Shown here: piece after piece, positions 29,006 to 38,896 of the stretch
Position numbering within the stretch: position 1 is the stretch's first letter
Layout: each line of letters begins with the position of its first letter
Notes under the pieces: model-generated
Databases searched by the model: none
The model's input: the letters and a program-made list of their open reading frames with translations, nothing else
What the model was told of the DNA's origin: nothing
Translations under genes and position numbers: made by a program
Sequence record: OR513085.1
Strand: one strand, 5' to 3'
DNA: 64,000 bases

Positions 29006-30172
29006 ATGAAAACAATAAAAGCTTACAAATACCGAATTTATCCTAACGCTACTCAAAAGGTAGTGCTTGATAAGTCGTTTGGCTGTGCACGTTTTTATTG
29101 GAATACTTTAGTTGCCGAATTAAATTCATATTCAAACGAGCATACTCCAGTATACAAAAGCGCTTCGCAAATACGTAGCGAATTTACTTGGATGCAAGAA
29201 GTGTCATGCTCAATGCTACAACAAAGGCGTATAGACTTTGATAGAGTACGTAACCAGTATTTTAACAAAAATCGCAAAACTAAATTGGGTAGAATTAAAT
29301 TCAAACGCAAAAATGAAAACCAATCATTTAGAATGAACAATCAAAATTTTGCGTTGCTTGACAATAAACTCAAAGTTACTAAATTAGGCTATATTAAAAT
29401 AAGCATTGACCGCAGGCCTCCTGAAAATGCTAAATACTTATCGGTTACTATTAGCAAAAATAATCTTAACGAGTACTATGCATCAGTATGCTTTGAATAT
29501 GAACATGAACCAAAAATAAAACAAACTACAAAAAATGTAGGCTGCGATTTAGGTATAGCATCATTGCTTACTTTATCGGACGGCTTACAATTTGCAAATC
29601 CTAAAATATTCAGAGAAAACCAATCTGAGTTAAGAAGATTGCAACAACATTTATCTAAAAAGCGTAAAGGAAGTTCTAGACATAACAAATGCAGAATTAA
29701 AGTCGCAAAGCTTTATAAAAAGATGACTAGGCAACGTGAATGGCTACTACATAATATTTCAAAATATGTAGTAACTAATTACAATGAAATTGCTTTAGAA
29801 GATTTGTCTATATCGTCTATGCGTAAACGTTATAGAATGAATAAGCAATTTAGACGTGCTTTGGAGGACGCTTCAATGACCAAATTAAAAAATTATATTT
29901 GGTACAAGCAGCAAGAATATGGTATACATGCACGTTTCATTCCACGTTATACAGCGTCATCTAAAGAATGCTATGAATGTGAGAACGTACAAAAAATTGC
30001 AATGCGAGAACGTGAATTTATTTGCACGTCATGCGGTACTGTACGTGACCGAGACTTAAACGCTGCTTTAGTAATACAAAGAAAAGCACTAGGTAGAATC
30101 AGCCCTAGTATACAAACATTGAGTGATATTAAGTCGTTACATCCACTTGTGGTTATAACGCAATTACAATGA
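29006..30172 (+). mobile_element. tnpB: IS200/IS605-family TnpB RNA-guided endonuclease, no TnpA in window
   Basis: HTH KAYKYRIYPN..Q..FGCARFYWN; RuvC-I GCDLG, RuvC-II ALEDL, CxxC..CxxC Zn ribbon, RuvC-III DRDLNAA. Confidence 0.93.
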
Positions 30173-30259
30173 AATGTTAAGACTTAAACAAGAGTCATGA
30201 TTATATGGACACGGATTTATACCTCCATTTTTATACTTTATAAAAAATAAAACAATTAA

Positions 30260-31537
30260 ATGAAATTACAAAATCACATTATTAACGAAGAAGGCAATAT
30301 TATTTTTGATGGTAAGTGGGATATGTCTAAACTTGAAACGTATACGCCAGAGGAATTACAAATTATTAAGGATGATGCGTTAGTTTGGTCAATTCTAAAT
30401 GGTTCGATGTCAGTTTCACAAAAAACTATGATGAACTCAATTTATGGCGCAACAGCTAATGAGTGGTATTATTTCGCATCCATAGAAGCTGCTGATGACG
30501 TTACTGCTGAGGGTAGGTATTACATTAAGTTGTCGGAACAGATAATTATGGATTATATGAAAAATGTTTGGCACTTAGATAAAGAATTGCATAAACATTT
30601 AAAAGAACATCCAGAACTTAAAGCTTCTTTCAAAGACCCGGATTGGCGAGCTGAAGTTAAGCAAATAGATGTTAATTTGGATTACGTACTTTATATGGAC
30701 ACTGACTCGATGTACGTTACGTTTGAGGAATTATTTGAAACTATTGGCTATGACCCGCAACATGACGGTTCATATGCCAGGTTTATTATGGAAATGAATT
30801 CGTTCAGACTACGTGGATTGTTTAAGGAAAAAATTGGTGAACGTGTAGCCGAAAGACATGGTGAAAACTTTTTAGTTTTCGATTTGGAATCGGTATCTGA
30901 AACTACATGTTTCCTGGCAAAGAAAAAATATGTGATGTCGTACAAAATGGAAGACGAAAAAATTTATGACGACCCACTTAAACATATAAAAGGTAAAGGT
31001 GTTGAGCTAGTTCAGCAAAAATTAGCAGTGCCAATCAAAGACATGATTCGTTTCATGGTAGTTCAAATGTTCAAAGGTAAAATTACGAATGTTAACTACA
31101 AAACTTACATGAGGTATATGTTCCAGCAATTCTCGCAACTACCTTTCCAGCAAAGATGTACTTTAGGTTCAGCAAACACGTATGATAAATATGTGCTTAA
31201 CGATACTACAAGATGTGAATTTGCTTCTGGCGCAGGTGCAGATGTTAAAGGTATGGCATATTACAACTTTGATGTTAATGCAAAAGGACTTAAAACAAAA
31301 TATGAAGTTCTTAAAGGCGGTAAGTTAGTTTGGTATTATGCAAAACCTACGCAAGAGCATCCTGATAGATTTTCATACGCATTCCATGTTGACGAATATC
31401 CTGAGGAACTTGCTCCTGAAATGGACATCGAAACTCAATTTATGAAACTTGTAGCAGGACCTGTTGGTAGAATTGTAGCATGTGCCGGAATTGATGTAGG
31501 AAATCCTCTGGCATCTCAAATGATGATGGAATTATAA
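30260..31537 (+). CDS. polB: family B DNA polymerase, C-terminal half (motifs B and C), gp43B-like
   Basis: QKTMMNSIYG, VTAEGR, YMDTDS, KKKY, KGVE. Confidence 0.92.
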   Translation: MKLQNHIINEEGNIIFDGKWDMSKLETYTPEELQIIKDDALVWSILNGSMSVSQKTMMNSIYGATANEWYYFASIEAADDVTAEGRYYIKLSEQIIMDYMKNVWHLDKELHKHLKEHPELKASFKDPDWRAEVKQIDVNLDYVLYMDTDSMYVTFEELFETIGYDPQHDGSYARFIMEMNSFRLRGLFKEKIGERVAERHGENFLVFDLESVSETTCFLAKKKYVMSYKMEDEKIYDDPLKHIKGKGVELVQQKLAVPIKDMIRFMVVQMFKGKITNVNYKTYMRYMFQQFSQLPFQQRCTLGSANTYDKYVLNDTTRCEFASGAGADVKGMAYYNFDVNAKGLKTKYEVLKGGKLVWYYAKPTQEHPDRFSYAFHVDEYPEELAPEMDIETQFMKLVAGPVGRIVACAGIDVGNPLASQMMMEL

Positions 31538-31584
31538 ACCTAATTTGCTTTAATAAATAATTCAATACAAAATATAAACACATT

Positions 31585-31677
31585 GTTCGTAAAGTAGGTT
31601 ATGTTGTCACAGCGCCTTGTATCGGCTTAAGTTTTCCCCAAAATGAATCTGTACAAGGCCTGTTTTTCCTACTGAAC
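31585..31677 (+). ncRNA. candidate structured RNA
   Basis: nested stems GTTC/GAAC, AGTAGG/CCTACT, ACAG/CTGT, GCCTTGTA/TACAAGGC in an intergenic gap. Confidence 0.35.
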
Positions 31678-31726
31678 TTTGATGCTTAAATTATACATAA
31701 ACCAACAACATAATTTATATTTTACA

Positions 31727-33112
31727 ATGAGTAAGGACCTATTAAACCCAGCAGAATATGTTGCTGGTCTTCAGGGAATTAAAGCACAAACCTTAACTGG
31801 TACAAATTTTGTTAACGAGGCTATTTCGCAAATAACTATGAATCCGTTTAGCCACAATATGGCAGCAAACATAGTTAACACTGCAGGTCAAATTCAAGAT
31901 CAAAATGTACAGAAATGGGCGAACGATGTTTATTCCAGAATTGATGAAAACATTATGACTTTTAGCATTGGTTTGCTATGTGAGTCGACACAGTATTCTA
32001 CGGCTGTTTTTGCTGGATTTAAATCAGTAGCCGGAGATATTCTACAAATGGCTGAGGCTGATATTGTAAGACAAATTGCGGTTAACGGAGCATTCGATAA
32101 GTATGCATTAATTCCGGAAGTTAAGCAATTAATCCTTAAAGCTAAGAACATTACGTTAGCTAAATCTGGCGTAACTAATCAAGTACTTACTGCAGATGAC
32201 AAGTATGCTTTGAAACCTATGCTTGCAATTATTTCTCAAATCGCTGCAACTACTTTTGTTGTAGGATTTGACGGAAACGTAAACATTTTGCATAATTCGG
32301 CTAACAAAAGAGTAGCTCTAGCGTCTTCTGCTGACATTATGGCTAGCGTTGATAGCGAAAACTTTATGTTTGACGGAGGCGAATTTGCTGGTAGAGTAGG
32401 AGCTCTTAAAACTTTTGAAAACTATTATGATAGCGACATGCAATCTTTTGTTTTCAACATTCTTGGTAATAAAATTCTTTGGAGACTTTCTGACGGATAT
32501 TTATTCCTTAACGGAGAGGATTCGACATTTGAGGCTATCGTAAGAGTTCTACAAGCTAAAGCTACTGCGTTATCGCTTAAACAATCAGCTTACACAAACC
32601 CTTCGCATTCAGCAACAGACGACCAATTGCTTGAAGCTTTCCATATCCTTTGGAATGGCAGAGACAACCTAATCATTTTTGATGCTATGATTGCAGTACC
32701 TAACAAAGATGGCGGAATAGTTTATACTCTTTGTGCTAAGAACACTGACGTAACTACGGTTAGACCTAACGTGTATACTTGCATTACTAAATTCCCAGGT
32801 TCTACACAACCGTTCACTACAGTTTATGACAGATTCTATGACTATGCTAAACAATTCAACAACCAATTTGTTATAGCAACGTTACAAAAAATCTTCTGTG
32901 ATGAAATTGCGGCTGAGGATGCTATGGCAGCTTTGATTACTGTAGGAAATCAAACAGTTAACGACAACATTGCTAGATTAGTTCAAACAAGAACTGACTT
33001 AGAAAATGCAAAAGTTAACTTACCTGCAGCTTCACTAGCCGGAGTTAATGCGCAGATTATATCAATTGATGATATGATTGCTCAGCAACAAAGTAAAATT
33101 CAACAATTTTAA
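31727..33112 (+). CDS. hypothetical protein, probably virion structural
   Basis: 461 aa from ATG 31727; TATACATAA late-like leader; C-terminal coiled coil. Confidence 0.6.
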   Translation: MSKDLLNPAEYVAGLQGIKAQTLTGTNFVNEAISQITMNPFSHNMAANIVNTAGQIQDQNVQKWANDVYSRIDENIMTFSIGLLCESTQYSTAVFAGFKSVAGDILQMAEADIVRQIAVNGAFDKYALIPEVKQLILKAKNITLAKSGVTNQVLTADDKYALKPMLAIISQIAATTFVVGFDGNVNILHNSANKRVALASSADIMASVDSENFMFDGGEFAGRVGALKTFENYYDSDMQSFVFNILGNKILWRLSDGYLFLNGEDSTFEAIVRVLQAKATALSLKQSAYTNPSHSATDDQLLEAFHILWNGRDNLIIFDAMIAVPNKDGGIVYTLCAKNTDVTTVRPNVYTCITKFPGSTQPFTTVYDRFYDYAKQFNNQFVIATLQKIFCDEIAAEDAMAALITVGNQTVNDNIARLVQTRTDLENAKVNLPAASLAGVNAQIISIDDMIAQQQSKIQQF

Positions 33113-33120
33113 ATAAAATA

Positions 33121-33143
33121 AAGCCAGGCAATGCCTGGCTTTT
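33121..33143 (+). terminator. intrinsic terminator
   Basis: AAGCCAGGCA-a-TGCCTGGCTTTT. Confidence 0.7.
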
Positions 33144-33214
33144 GCAGTTTGTGTGTATAATATAAACATAAATAACAACAACCGATCTTTAACATACTTG
33201 AACAATTTACTATC

Positions 33215-33622
33215 ATGGCTGATGAAACAAAGAAGCAGGATGCTGTAACTACAGCGCCAAAGAAAAAACCAGGCAGAAAGCCTTACTTAACAAAAGAGGA
33301 ATTAAAGGCAGAGTTGGCAGTGTCACATGAACGTGGACAGCTAACAAACAAAAATGCTAAAATGTTCCAGCTTATGGTTAGCAAAATTCAGTCAAGAGTT
33401 TTTTATAAAGACCCTGCAGCAAAAGAAGACTGTGCAGCGCATGCGATGTATATCGTAGCTAAAAATTGGCATAAGTTCGACATGACTCAGGACAATCCAT
33501 TTGGATTCTTTACAACTACAATTATCAATGCATTATCTGCAGGATGGAATGCTAATGAACGTAGGCCAATTCACATACCATTGGATGCATTCATTAACAA
33601 CGACGCAGATAAAGCTGAGTAG
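33215..33622 (+). CDS. late-transcription sigma factor gp55-like
   Basis: PYLTKEEL...KEDC...WHKFDMTQDNPFGFFTTTIINA resembles the gp55 NPFAYFTQI region. Confidence 0.75.
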   Translation: MADETKKQDAVTTAPKKKPGRKPYLTKEELKAELAVSHERGQLTNKNAKMFQLMVSKIQSRVFYKDPAAKEDCAAHAMYIVAKNWHKFDMTQDNPFGFFTTTIINALSAGWNANERRPIHIPLDAFINNDADKAE

Positions 33623-33672
33623 AACAATACTTGCCGGGTTACCGGATTTTTCATGATTTTTTTATTTTTTTG

Positions 33673-33706
33673 CACCCTGACTATCGCTTTTAGTCAGGGT
33701 GTTTTT
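33673..33706 (+). terminator. intrinsic terminator
   Basis: CACCCTGACTA-N7-TAGTCAGGGTG-TTTTT. Confidence 0.8.
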
Positions 33707-33728
33707 GTTTGAAAGTTTTTGAAAAAAG

Positions 33729-33771
33729 TTGCCTAAAAATTTTCATATGTCGTTTATTTTTCTTAAATTTA
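33729..33771 (+). promoter_or_regulatory. promoter, TTGC class
   Basis: TTGC...TTTTCATATGTC-N12-TAAATTTA. Confidence 0.8.
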
Positions 33772-33810
33772 TACTATAATTAAAAACAATTAAAAAAAAT
33801 CATTTAAGTT

Positions 33811-34005
33811 ATGAAAAATTCAGCAAAATACAAGAAAAAGCCAATTACTTTACTAGAATGGATTCATGATGACAATCATCCGCAAATTATGGTAACGTTA
33901 GCTAATGGTAACGACCAGATTTTAGAAGTTTCCGATTTTCTAGCAAACGGCGGAAAGTTTAAAGACTTGCAAAATGTAATTAACGAATACGAAGCAAACA
34001 AATAA
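33811..34005 (+). CDS. hypothetical protein
   Basis: 64-aa ORF after promoter. Confidence 0.6.
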   Translation: MKNSAKYKKKPITLLEWIHDDNHPQIMVTLANGNDQILEVSDFLANGGKFKDLQNVINEYEANK

Positions 34006-34014
34006 ATTAAAAAC

Positions 34015-34449
34015 ATGGCAACAATAAAAATTTTAGAACAAAACGGTTACGATGTTTTATACAACCAGGAGACTGAAAAGTTTGAATCAAGCATTATTAA
34101 GCACAGACTGCTAGACGTAGTTAAGTCAGGAATTAAGCATTATACATTACAAAAGAATTACTTGGATCAGCTTGACCGTGCTACGCTACTACTAAAGGAA
34201 AGCATAGCTATGCCGATACTTGGCGTGCATGATAATGACTATATTTTTCTTTGGAATGTAGATCATATAACAGTAGTTCCTGCAGGCATGGCATCTAGGT
34301 TACGTAGAGTTATCGACCTCAATTCATATATAGAAGCAAAAGGCAGACTATGTAGACTGCTACAAGAACGTAAAGAACTTGACTTACGCATAGCAGAACT
34401 AGAATATGAATTGCCTTTAGCATTCCCGCAATTTAGCAAAGCAAAATAA
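34015..34449 (+). CDS. hypothetical protein
   Basis: 144-aa ORF. Confidence 0.65.
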   Translation: MATIKILEQNGYDVLYNQETEKFESSIIKHRLLDVVKSGIKHYTLQKNYLDQLDRATLLLKESIAMPILGVHDNDYIFLWNVDHITVVPAGMASRLRRVIDLNSYIEAKGRLCRLLQERKELDLRIAELEYELPLAFPQFSKAK

Positions 34450-34478
34450 AATAAACCTTACTACCTGACATATTTTTT

Positions 34479-34512
34479 AAAAGCCTGGCGTTATGTAAAC
34501 GCCAGGCTTTTT
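34479..34512 (+). terminator. intrinsic terminator
   Basis: AAAAGCCTGGCGTT..AACGCCAGGCTTTTT. Confidence 0.8.
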
Positions 34513-34571
34513 GTTGTTTAGCACAGCAATATGCTTTGCATAAGAATACATACCTTATATAAGCTATAATT

Positions 34572-35240
34572 ATGTTTAACAATCCAAATAAAACGTCCTG
34601 GAAAGTGTTTTTGCCGCCTAACTTGCTGCCAAACACACTTAACGAGGACCTTTCGCAATACTTTTTTAATGAGGCTACGTTGCCATATCGTAACGTTCTT
34701 GAAGGTTGTTTTGAAGCTCAGATTACTGGCTATGAAATTCCGGAGCTAGGTATCGAAGCAGTTTCGCAAATGACGTATCCAGGAGGCCAAGTTACTCAGT
34801 TGCCTGCGTTATTTACACACGAGGCATATGGAGATAACCGAGTAGCTTTGACATTCAAATGCATGGATGGCTATTTCAATTACTTCCTGGCCAGGTATGC
34901 ATTCCTAATTTACACCAATCCAAAGACTAACTCTGACAAAAACAAAACTGGTCAGATTGGCGACCTCATTATAACATTCAACACTCAAGGCTCACTTTTT
35001 CAGTACACTGTAGTTTATCGCCAAGTAGTTTGGGTATCTGTAGATGGCAAAAACTTTTCGTATGATGCTACACAAATGGACTTTGACACATTTGGAATGA
35101 CTTTCCGCCACAATGGATTCGACATTATTCCAGGAATCAACACAAGAATTGCAGAATCTAAAGGACTAAAAATTGAGGTTGGCGATGTAGATTATAGCAA
35201 GAAGGGCTTAGAGGAACTTAAACTACGAGAAAAGAAATAA
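34572..35240 (+). CDS. tail-tube-fold baseplate protein (gp19/gp54-like)
   Basis: ITGYEIPEL...VALTFKCMDG...VSVDGKNFSYD..DTFGMTFRH; first gene of the baseplate cluster. Confidence 0.6.
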   Translation: MFNNPNKTSWKVFLPPNLLPNTLNEDLSQYFFNEATLPYRNVLEGCFEAQITGYEIPELGIEAVSQMTYPGGQVTQLPALFTHEAYGDNRVALTFKCMDGYFNYFLARYAFLIYTNPKTNSDKNKTGQIGDLIITFNTQGSLFQYTVVYRQVVWVSVDGKNFSYDATQMDFDTFGMTFRHNGFDIIPGINTRIAESKGLKIEVGDVDYSKKGLEELKLREKK

Positions 35241-35246
35241 GCGAAC

Positions 35247-35669
35247 ATGGCACTAACAGAACTACAATCATGTGAAAACTTGACTACTGATGGCAATGGT
35301 AACATTGTTTTCAACTCAAGTTTCCGAATGAATATTGACGATATTAAAGTAGTCAATACATTTACAGTTGACGATATGACTGAACATAGAGCCCAGCTAA
35401 TTTCGCAATCAATGTTTCAGACACAAAACTATGCAGACTTAATTTGCATATTCAACCAAATAAACAATCCTTTTTATATACCAAAGGGCACAATTCTAAA
35501 AGTTCCTGATTTAGCTCACATTCAAAGCAAAATGCTATTGTTTAGCCAACAAAACGTAGCGTTCGCAACAGAGAACGTTATACAAGAGAACGTACTAACT
35601 AAAAAAGCTAACAAAAGCTCTAACGTTCAACGTTCAGAAGGTAGACTAATTTTCAGGAAACAAAATTGA
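35247..35669 (+). CDS. baseplate wedge gp53-like (LysM-like)
   Basis: HRAQLISQSMF...DLICIFNQINNPFYIPKGTILKVPD. Confidence 0.7.
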   Translation: MALTELQSCENLTTDGNGNIVFNSSFRMNIDDIKVVNTFTVDDMTEHRAQLISQSMFQTQNYADLICIFNQINNPFYIPKGTILKVPDLAHIQSKMLLFSQQNVAFATENVIQENVLTKKANKSSNVQRSEGRLIFRKQN

Positions 35670-35684
35670 CAATAAGCATAACAC

Positions 35685-38153
35685 ATGGCAACAATCAAAG
35701 AAATTTTAAAGCCTAACAACACGGCTAACGACATAGTCTTGCATGTTGGTGCTAACAAAACTACTACGCCAGAGAACGCATATTCAGACTTGCAATTTCA
35801 AGCAGGATTTTATTGGCCTATAGTAAAAGTTAGATCAACTACATTCACTAAGCCAGCAATCAAAACGTTTGAGCTTAACTTCGGTTACCAACTATTACCA
35901 ACGTTAGAGTTTATGGTTGTTGATGACTCTAGGTCGTTCCAACAATCAGACTATCCTGTTAAAAATGATGTAGTTACAGTATTCCTTGGCAACAACTACG
36001 ATACCTCATCAAAGCCAATACAACTTGACTTTCTAATTGATGACGTAACTACACTAAATAGCATGGATGGTTCCGGCTCGGCTAAGCATAGCTTTACCTG
36101 TACGTTAGCAATCGAGCATGCTTTTGAAAACATAAATTTTGCAGGAGAACAAACATCACTTAATGTTTTGTACGAACTTTGTAAAGCTATGAACTTGGGG
36201 TTAGTTACAAATTTGGATAGTACTAACGATCGCTACAAATATCGTCAATATAGCAAAACAAATATTGAATATTTGAAAGATGTTTGTTCCAAAGTTTATG
36301 TCGATGATGCTACAATTATTCATTACTACATTGACCAGTACTTTAGACTTAACGTTATTGACATTAATGCAATACTTAGCGCACCAGCACCTAGATTGCC
36401 AGTACGTCGTGACGTTACGTTCTTCAAAACGTTAGCAAATCCTGAGGAGCTAGTACTAAACAATGCTCAGTACAACCTAACTAATGTACAATTTAAGTTT
36501 GGTAGCTACACTACGTCTAGTAATGCATTTGAAACATACAAGGAAGTTAAGCCTGTCGAATCTACTGTAATTAACAAAGATTATTCGCAAGCTATTGTTA
36601 AAAGTACAGTAAAAGATACGCGAGTTAAGGCTAACGCTACAACCGGAGGAGCTACAAAAAGTGAGAACGTTACAGAAAATAACGTAACAAATAGCAAACG
36701 TATACAAACAATTGCTATTGATGGCGAACACAACAGTAACGTACAGCAATTAGGTAGCAATGCAAACAAAAGTAGGTTTAGATACTTAACAAACAACTCT
36801 ATAACGCTAAGGCTTAACAATCCTAGCAACTTACTAAACATTAACCAAATGGTACCTGTTGAGTTGTACAAGCCAGATCAGTTTTCACAAACACCGCTAA
36901 AAAATTCAGATACTAACCTAGATAGCACACAACGGCCAATAACGCCAGATGGTACAGAAGCCATTAATCCAACGTTATCAGGTGACTATGCAATAACAGG
37001 AATGACTTTTGCATATCGTCAAAATCAAAACCTTTGGCAGGAATTGAAGTTGATTCGTAGAGAATGGAAGCCTCAGCATTATGACGTTGACAAATCTCGT
37101 AAAATTGACTTATCAGAAGCTACATTCGGTGCGCCTAAGCCTTATACTTACCCACCACCGCCACCGCCACCTGCAGTAGACAACTCAGGCTATGGCGGGC
37201 AATATGGAGGATCATTAGGCAACTGGATGCAAATTGCTAGAGGTGAGCTAGGAACTGCGGAAGTTGCAGGTGCCGGTTCAAACCCAAGAATTGACGAATA
37301 TCACCGAGTTGGAGGAGGACTTTCAGGAGGGCAGGCTAACGATGCTACTGCATGGTGCGGTTCGTTTGTAGGCTGGTGTATGGTCAAGGCAGGCTACCCT
37401 AAACCTAACGGCTCGGCTGCAGCAATATCATGGGCTAACTATGGAATACCTTGTGCTCCAGGTACAGTCGGCGCAATAATTGTGTTGAAGCTTAAGCCTA
37501 GTAGCATGACTTATTCAGGTAACCACGTAGGATTTTGTGCAGGCTTGAATGGTGATAAAGTTTCAATTTTAGGAGGTAACCAAGGCAACAGCGTTAGTCA
37601 GCTTAACATGGCTTCTGCAAAAGTTATTGCATGGAGGCTGCCACCCGGCTCACCTAGCCAAGGCATAGCTAACGCAGGCAATAGCGTAGCACCTACAGGA
37701 CCTTTAAGAATTTCTAACCAAGGTGTTGAATTTATCAAATCTAAGGAAGGTTGTAAGCTTACAGCATATTGGGATAGCTATGGTAAAGTATGGACCGTAG
37801 GTTACGGAAATACTAAACAAGCTAAGCCTGGCATGACAATTACGTACCAACAGGCTGAGCAACTTTTACGTCAAGACATAGTTTACTTTGAAAACTACAT
37901 AAATCAAAATGTAAAAGTTAAGCTAACGCAGGCTATGTTTGATGCTTTAGTATGTTTAACGTTCAACACTGGGCCAGGTAAAGTTTCACCTAGCTCAGCC
38001 ATTGGAATAGCTTTGAAAAATCGGCAATACCAAACTGCAGCAGATACATTCCTACGTTACAACACATCAAAAGGTAAGTACTTGCAAGGCTTAGCTACTA
38101 GAAGGCAACAAGAACGCCAAATGTTTATGAGTCAAGGCGTAAATCCAATTTAA
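35685..38153 (+). CDS. baseplate hub protein fused to an NlpC/P60-like (TIGR02594-type) peptidase and a GH24 lysozyme
   Basis: N-terminal hub region, poly-Pro linker, WMQIARGELG..AWCGSFVGW..NHVGF..LGGNQ, then ISNQGVEFIKSKEG..D..WTVGYG..FDALV..GLATRRQQE. Confidence 0.85.
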   Translation: MATIKEILKPNNTANDIVLHVGANKTTTPENAYSDLQFQAGFYWPIVKVRSTTFTKPAIKTFELNFGYQLLPTLEFMVVDDSRSFQQSDYPVKNDVVTVFLGNNYDTSSKPIQLDFLIDDVTTLNSMDGSGSAKHSFTCTLAIEHAFENINFAGEQTSLNVLYELCKAMNLGLVTNLDSTNDRYKYRQYSKTNIEYLKDVCSKVYVDDATIIHYYIDQYFRLNVIDINAILSAPAPRLPVRRDVTFFKTLANPEELVLNNAQYNLTNVQFKFGSYTTSSNAFETYKEVKPVESTVINKDYSQAIVKSTVKDTRVKANATTGGATKSENVTENNVTNSKRIQTIAIDGEHNSNVQQLGSNANKSRFRYLTNNSITLRLNNPSNLLNINQMVPVELYKPDQFSQTPLKNSDTNLDSTQRPITPDGTEAINPTLSGDYAITGMTFAYRQNQNLWQELKLIRREWKPQHYDVDKSRKIDLSEATFGAPKPYTYPPPPPPPAVDNSGYGGQYGGSLGNWMQIARGELGTAEVAGAGSNPRIDEYHRVGGGLSGGQANDATAWCGSFVGWCMVKAGYPKPNGSAAAISWANYGIPCAPGTVGAIIVLKLKPSSMTYSGNHVGFCAGLNGDKVSILGGNQGNSVSQLNMASAKVIAWRLPPGSPSQGIANAGNSVAPTGPLRISNQGVEFIKSKEGCKLTAYWDSYGKVWTVGYGNTKQAKPGMTITYQQAEQLLRQDIVYFENYINQNVKVKLTQAMFDALVCLTFNTGPGKVSPSSAIGIALKNRQYQTAADTFLRYNTSKGKYLQGLATRRQQERQMFMSQGVNPI

Positions 38154-38662
38154 TGAAAATAAATATGTCAGAACAAGATAAAAATATAGCTAAAGGCCAC
38201 AACATCAAAAACTTAAAGCCTCGAAAAGGTGGCCACTTCAAACAAGGTTATTTCGATGCTTCAGACAAATATGTCGGCGCCAGACCAGTAATTTACAGGT
38301 CTGGCCTCGAACTTAAAGTATTCAACCTCTTTGAAAGATCGCCAGGAATTAAGCATTGGTCGTCTGAACCAGACTTCATAGTTATCAAGTACATGTACGG
38401 AGGTAAGCTTCGCCAATATAATGTTGATGTTTATGCAGAATATCACAATGGCGTAAAGGAAATTATTGAGATTAAGCCATATGCGCAAACACAGGCTCCT
38501 GAAGCTCATCGCTATTTTGGCAAAGAAGCACGTTACGCTAAGGACGTAGAAACGTACCAACGTAATATAGCCAAATGGAAGGCTGCATGGGAATATGCTA
38601 ATGAAAACAATATGAGGTTTAAGATCATAACAGATCATGCGTTAAAACAATTTAACATTTAG
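38153..38662 (+). CDS. head completion nuclease gp4-like (TnsA fold)
   Basis: FKQGYF..KYVG..IYRSGLE..WSSEP..YNVD..EIKPYAQT..N.AKWKAA..FKIITD. Confidence 0.88.
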   Translation: MKINMSEQDKNIAKGHNIKNLKPRKGGHFKQGYFDASDKYVGARPVIYRSGLELKVFNLFERSPGIKHWSSEPDFIVIKYMYGGKLRQYNVDVYAEYHNGVKEIIEIKPYAQTQAPEAHRYFGKEARYAKDVETYQRNIAKWKAAWEYANENNMRFKIITDHALKQFNI

Positions 38663-38713
38663 TAGCCAAAATATTTTCAAATGTCAAAAAATGTTATATA
38701 GTTATTGTAACTT

Positions 38714-38769
38714 TTAACAAAAGTTTAACAATTAGAATTTTTTACTTTGTAAAATAATTCTTATATTTG
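38714..38769 (+). promoter_or_regulatory. promoter, TTAACA class
   Basis: TTAACA-N5-TTAACA, TTTTTTACTTTG-N12-TATATTTG. Confidence 0.75.
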
Positions 38770-38896
38770 CATTATACAAATTTGATAAATATAAAACAAT
38801 CAAAACGCTTCAATACTAGGCCGGAGGACTAAAGTAAGTGTTCATTTTAACAACAAACCTATTTTTAATCGCCGAAAGGCACAACAGCAAAACAAA

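Noticed and set aside
28940-30260. Complete IS605 element with TnpA
   Set aside because: No Y1 transposase ORF in the window, and ends not definable by eye
30260-30300. CTS-like IINEE at the start of PolB-B
   Set aside because: Lacks the F-x-x-F pattern and the small residue after E; likely chance
26700-30400. Split intein or intron joining the PolB halves
   Set aside because: No Cys/Ser-initiated intein N-block at the end of half A and no His-Asn-Cys/Ser/Thr junction at the start of half B; whole genes and terminators lie between
37150-37172. CCACCACCGCCACCGCCA microsatellite
   Set aside because: Encodes the poly-Pro linker of the hub protein
38674-38705. Sixteenth copy of the promoter motif
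   Set aside because: The box matches (TTTTCAAATGTC) but no TAnATTT(A/G) follows at 12 nt
38870-38880. GCC-GAAA-GGC hairpin as part of a ribozyme
   Set aside because: No hammerhead CTGAnGA core or other catalytic motif nearby
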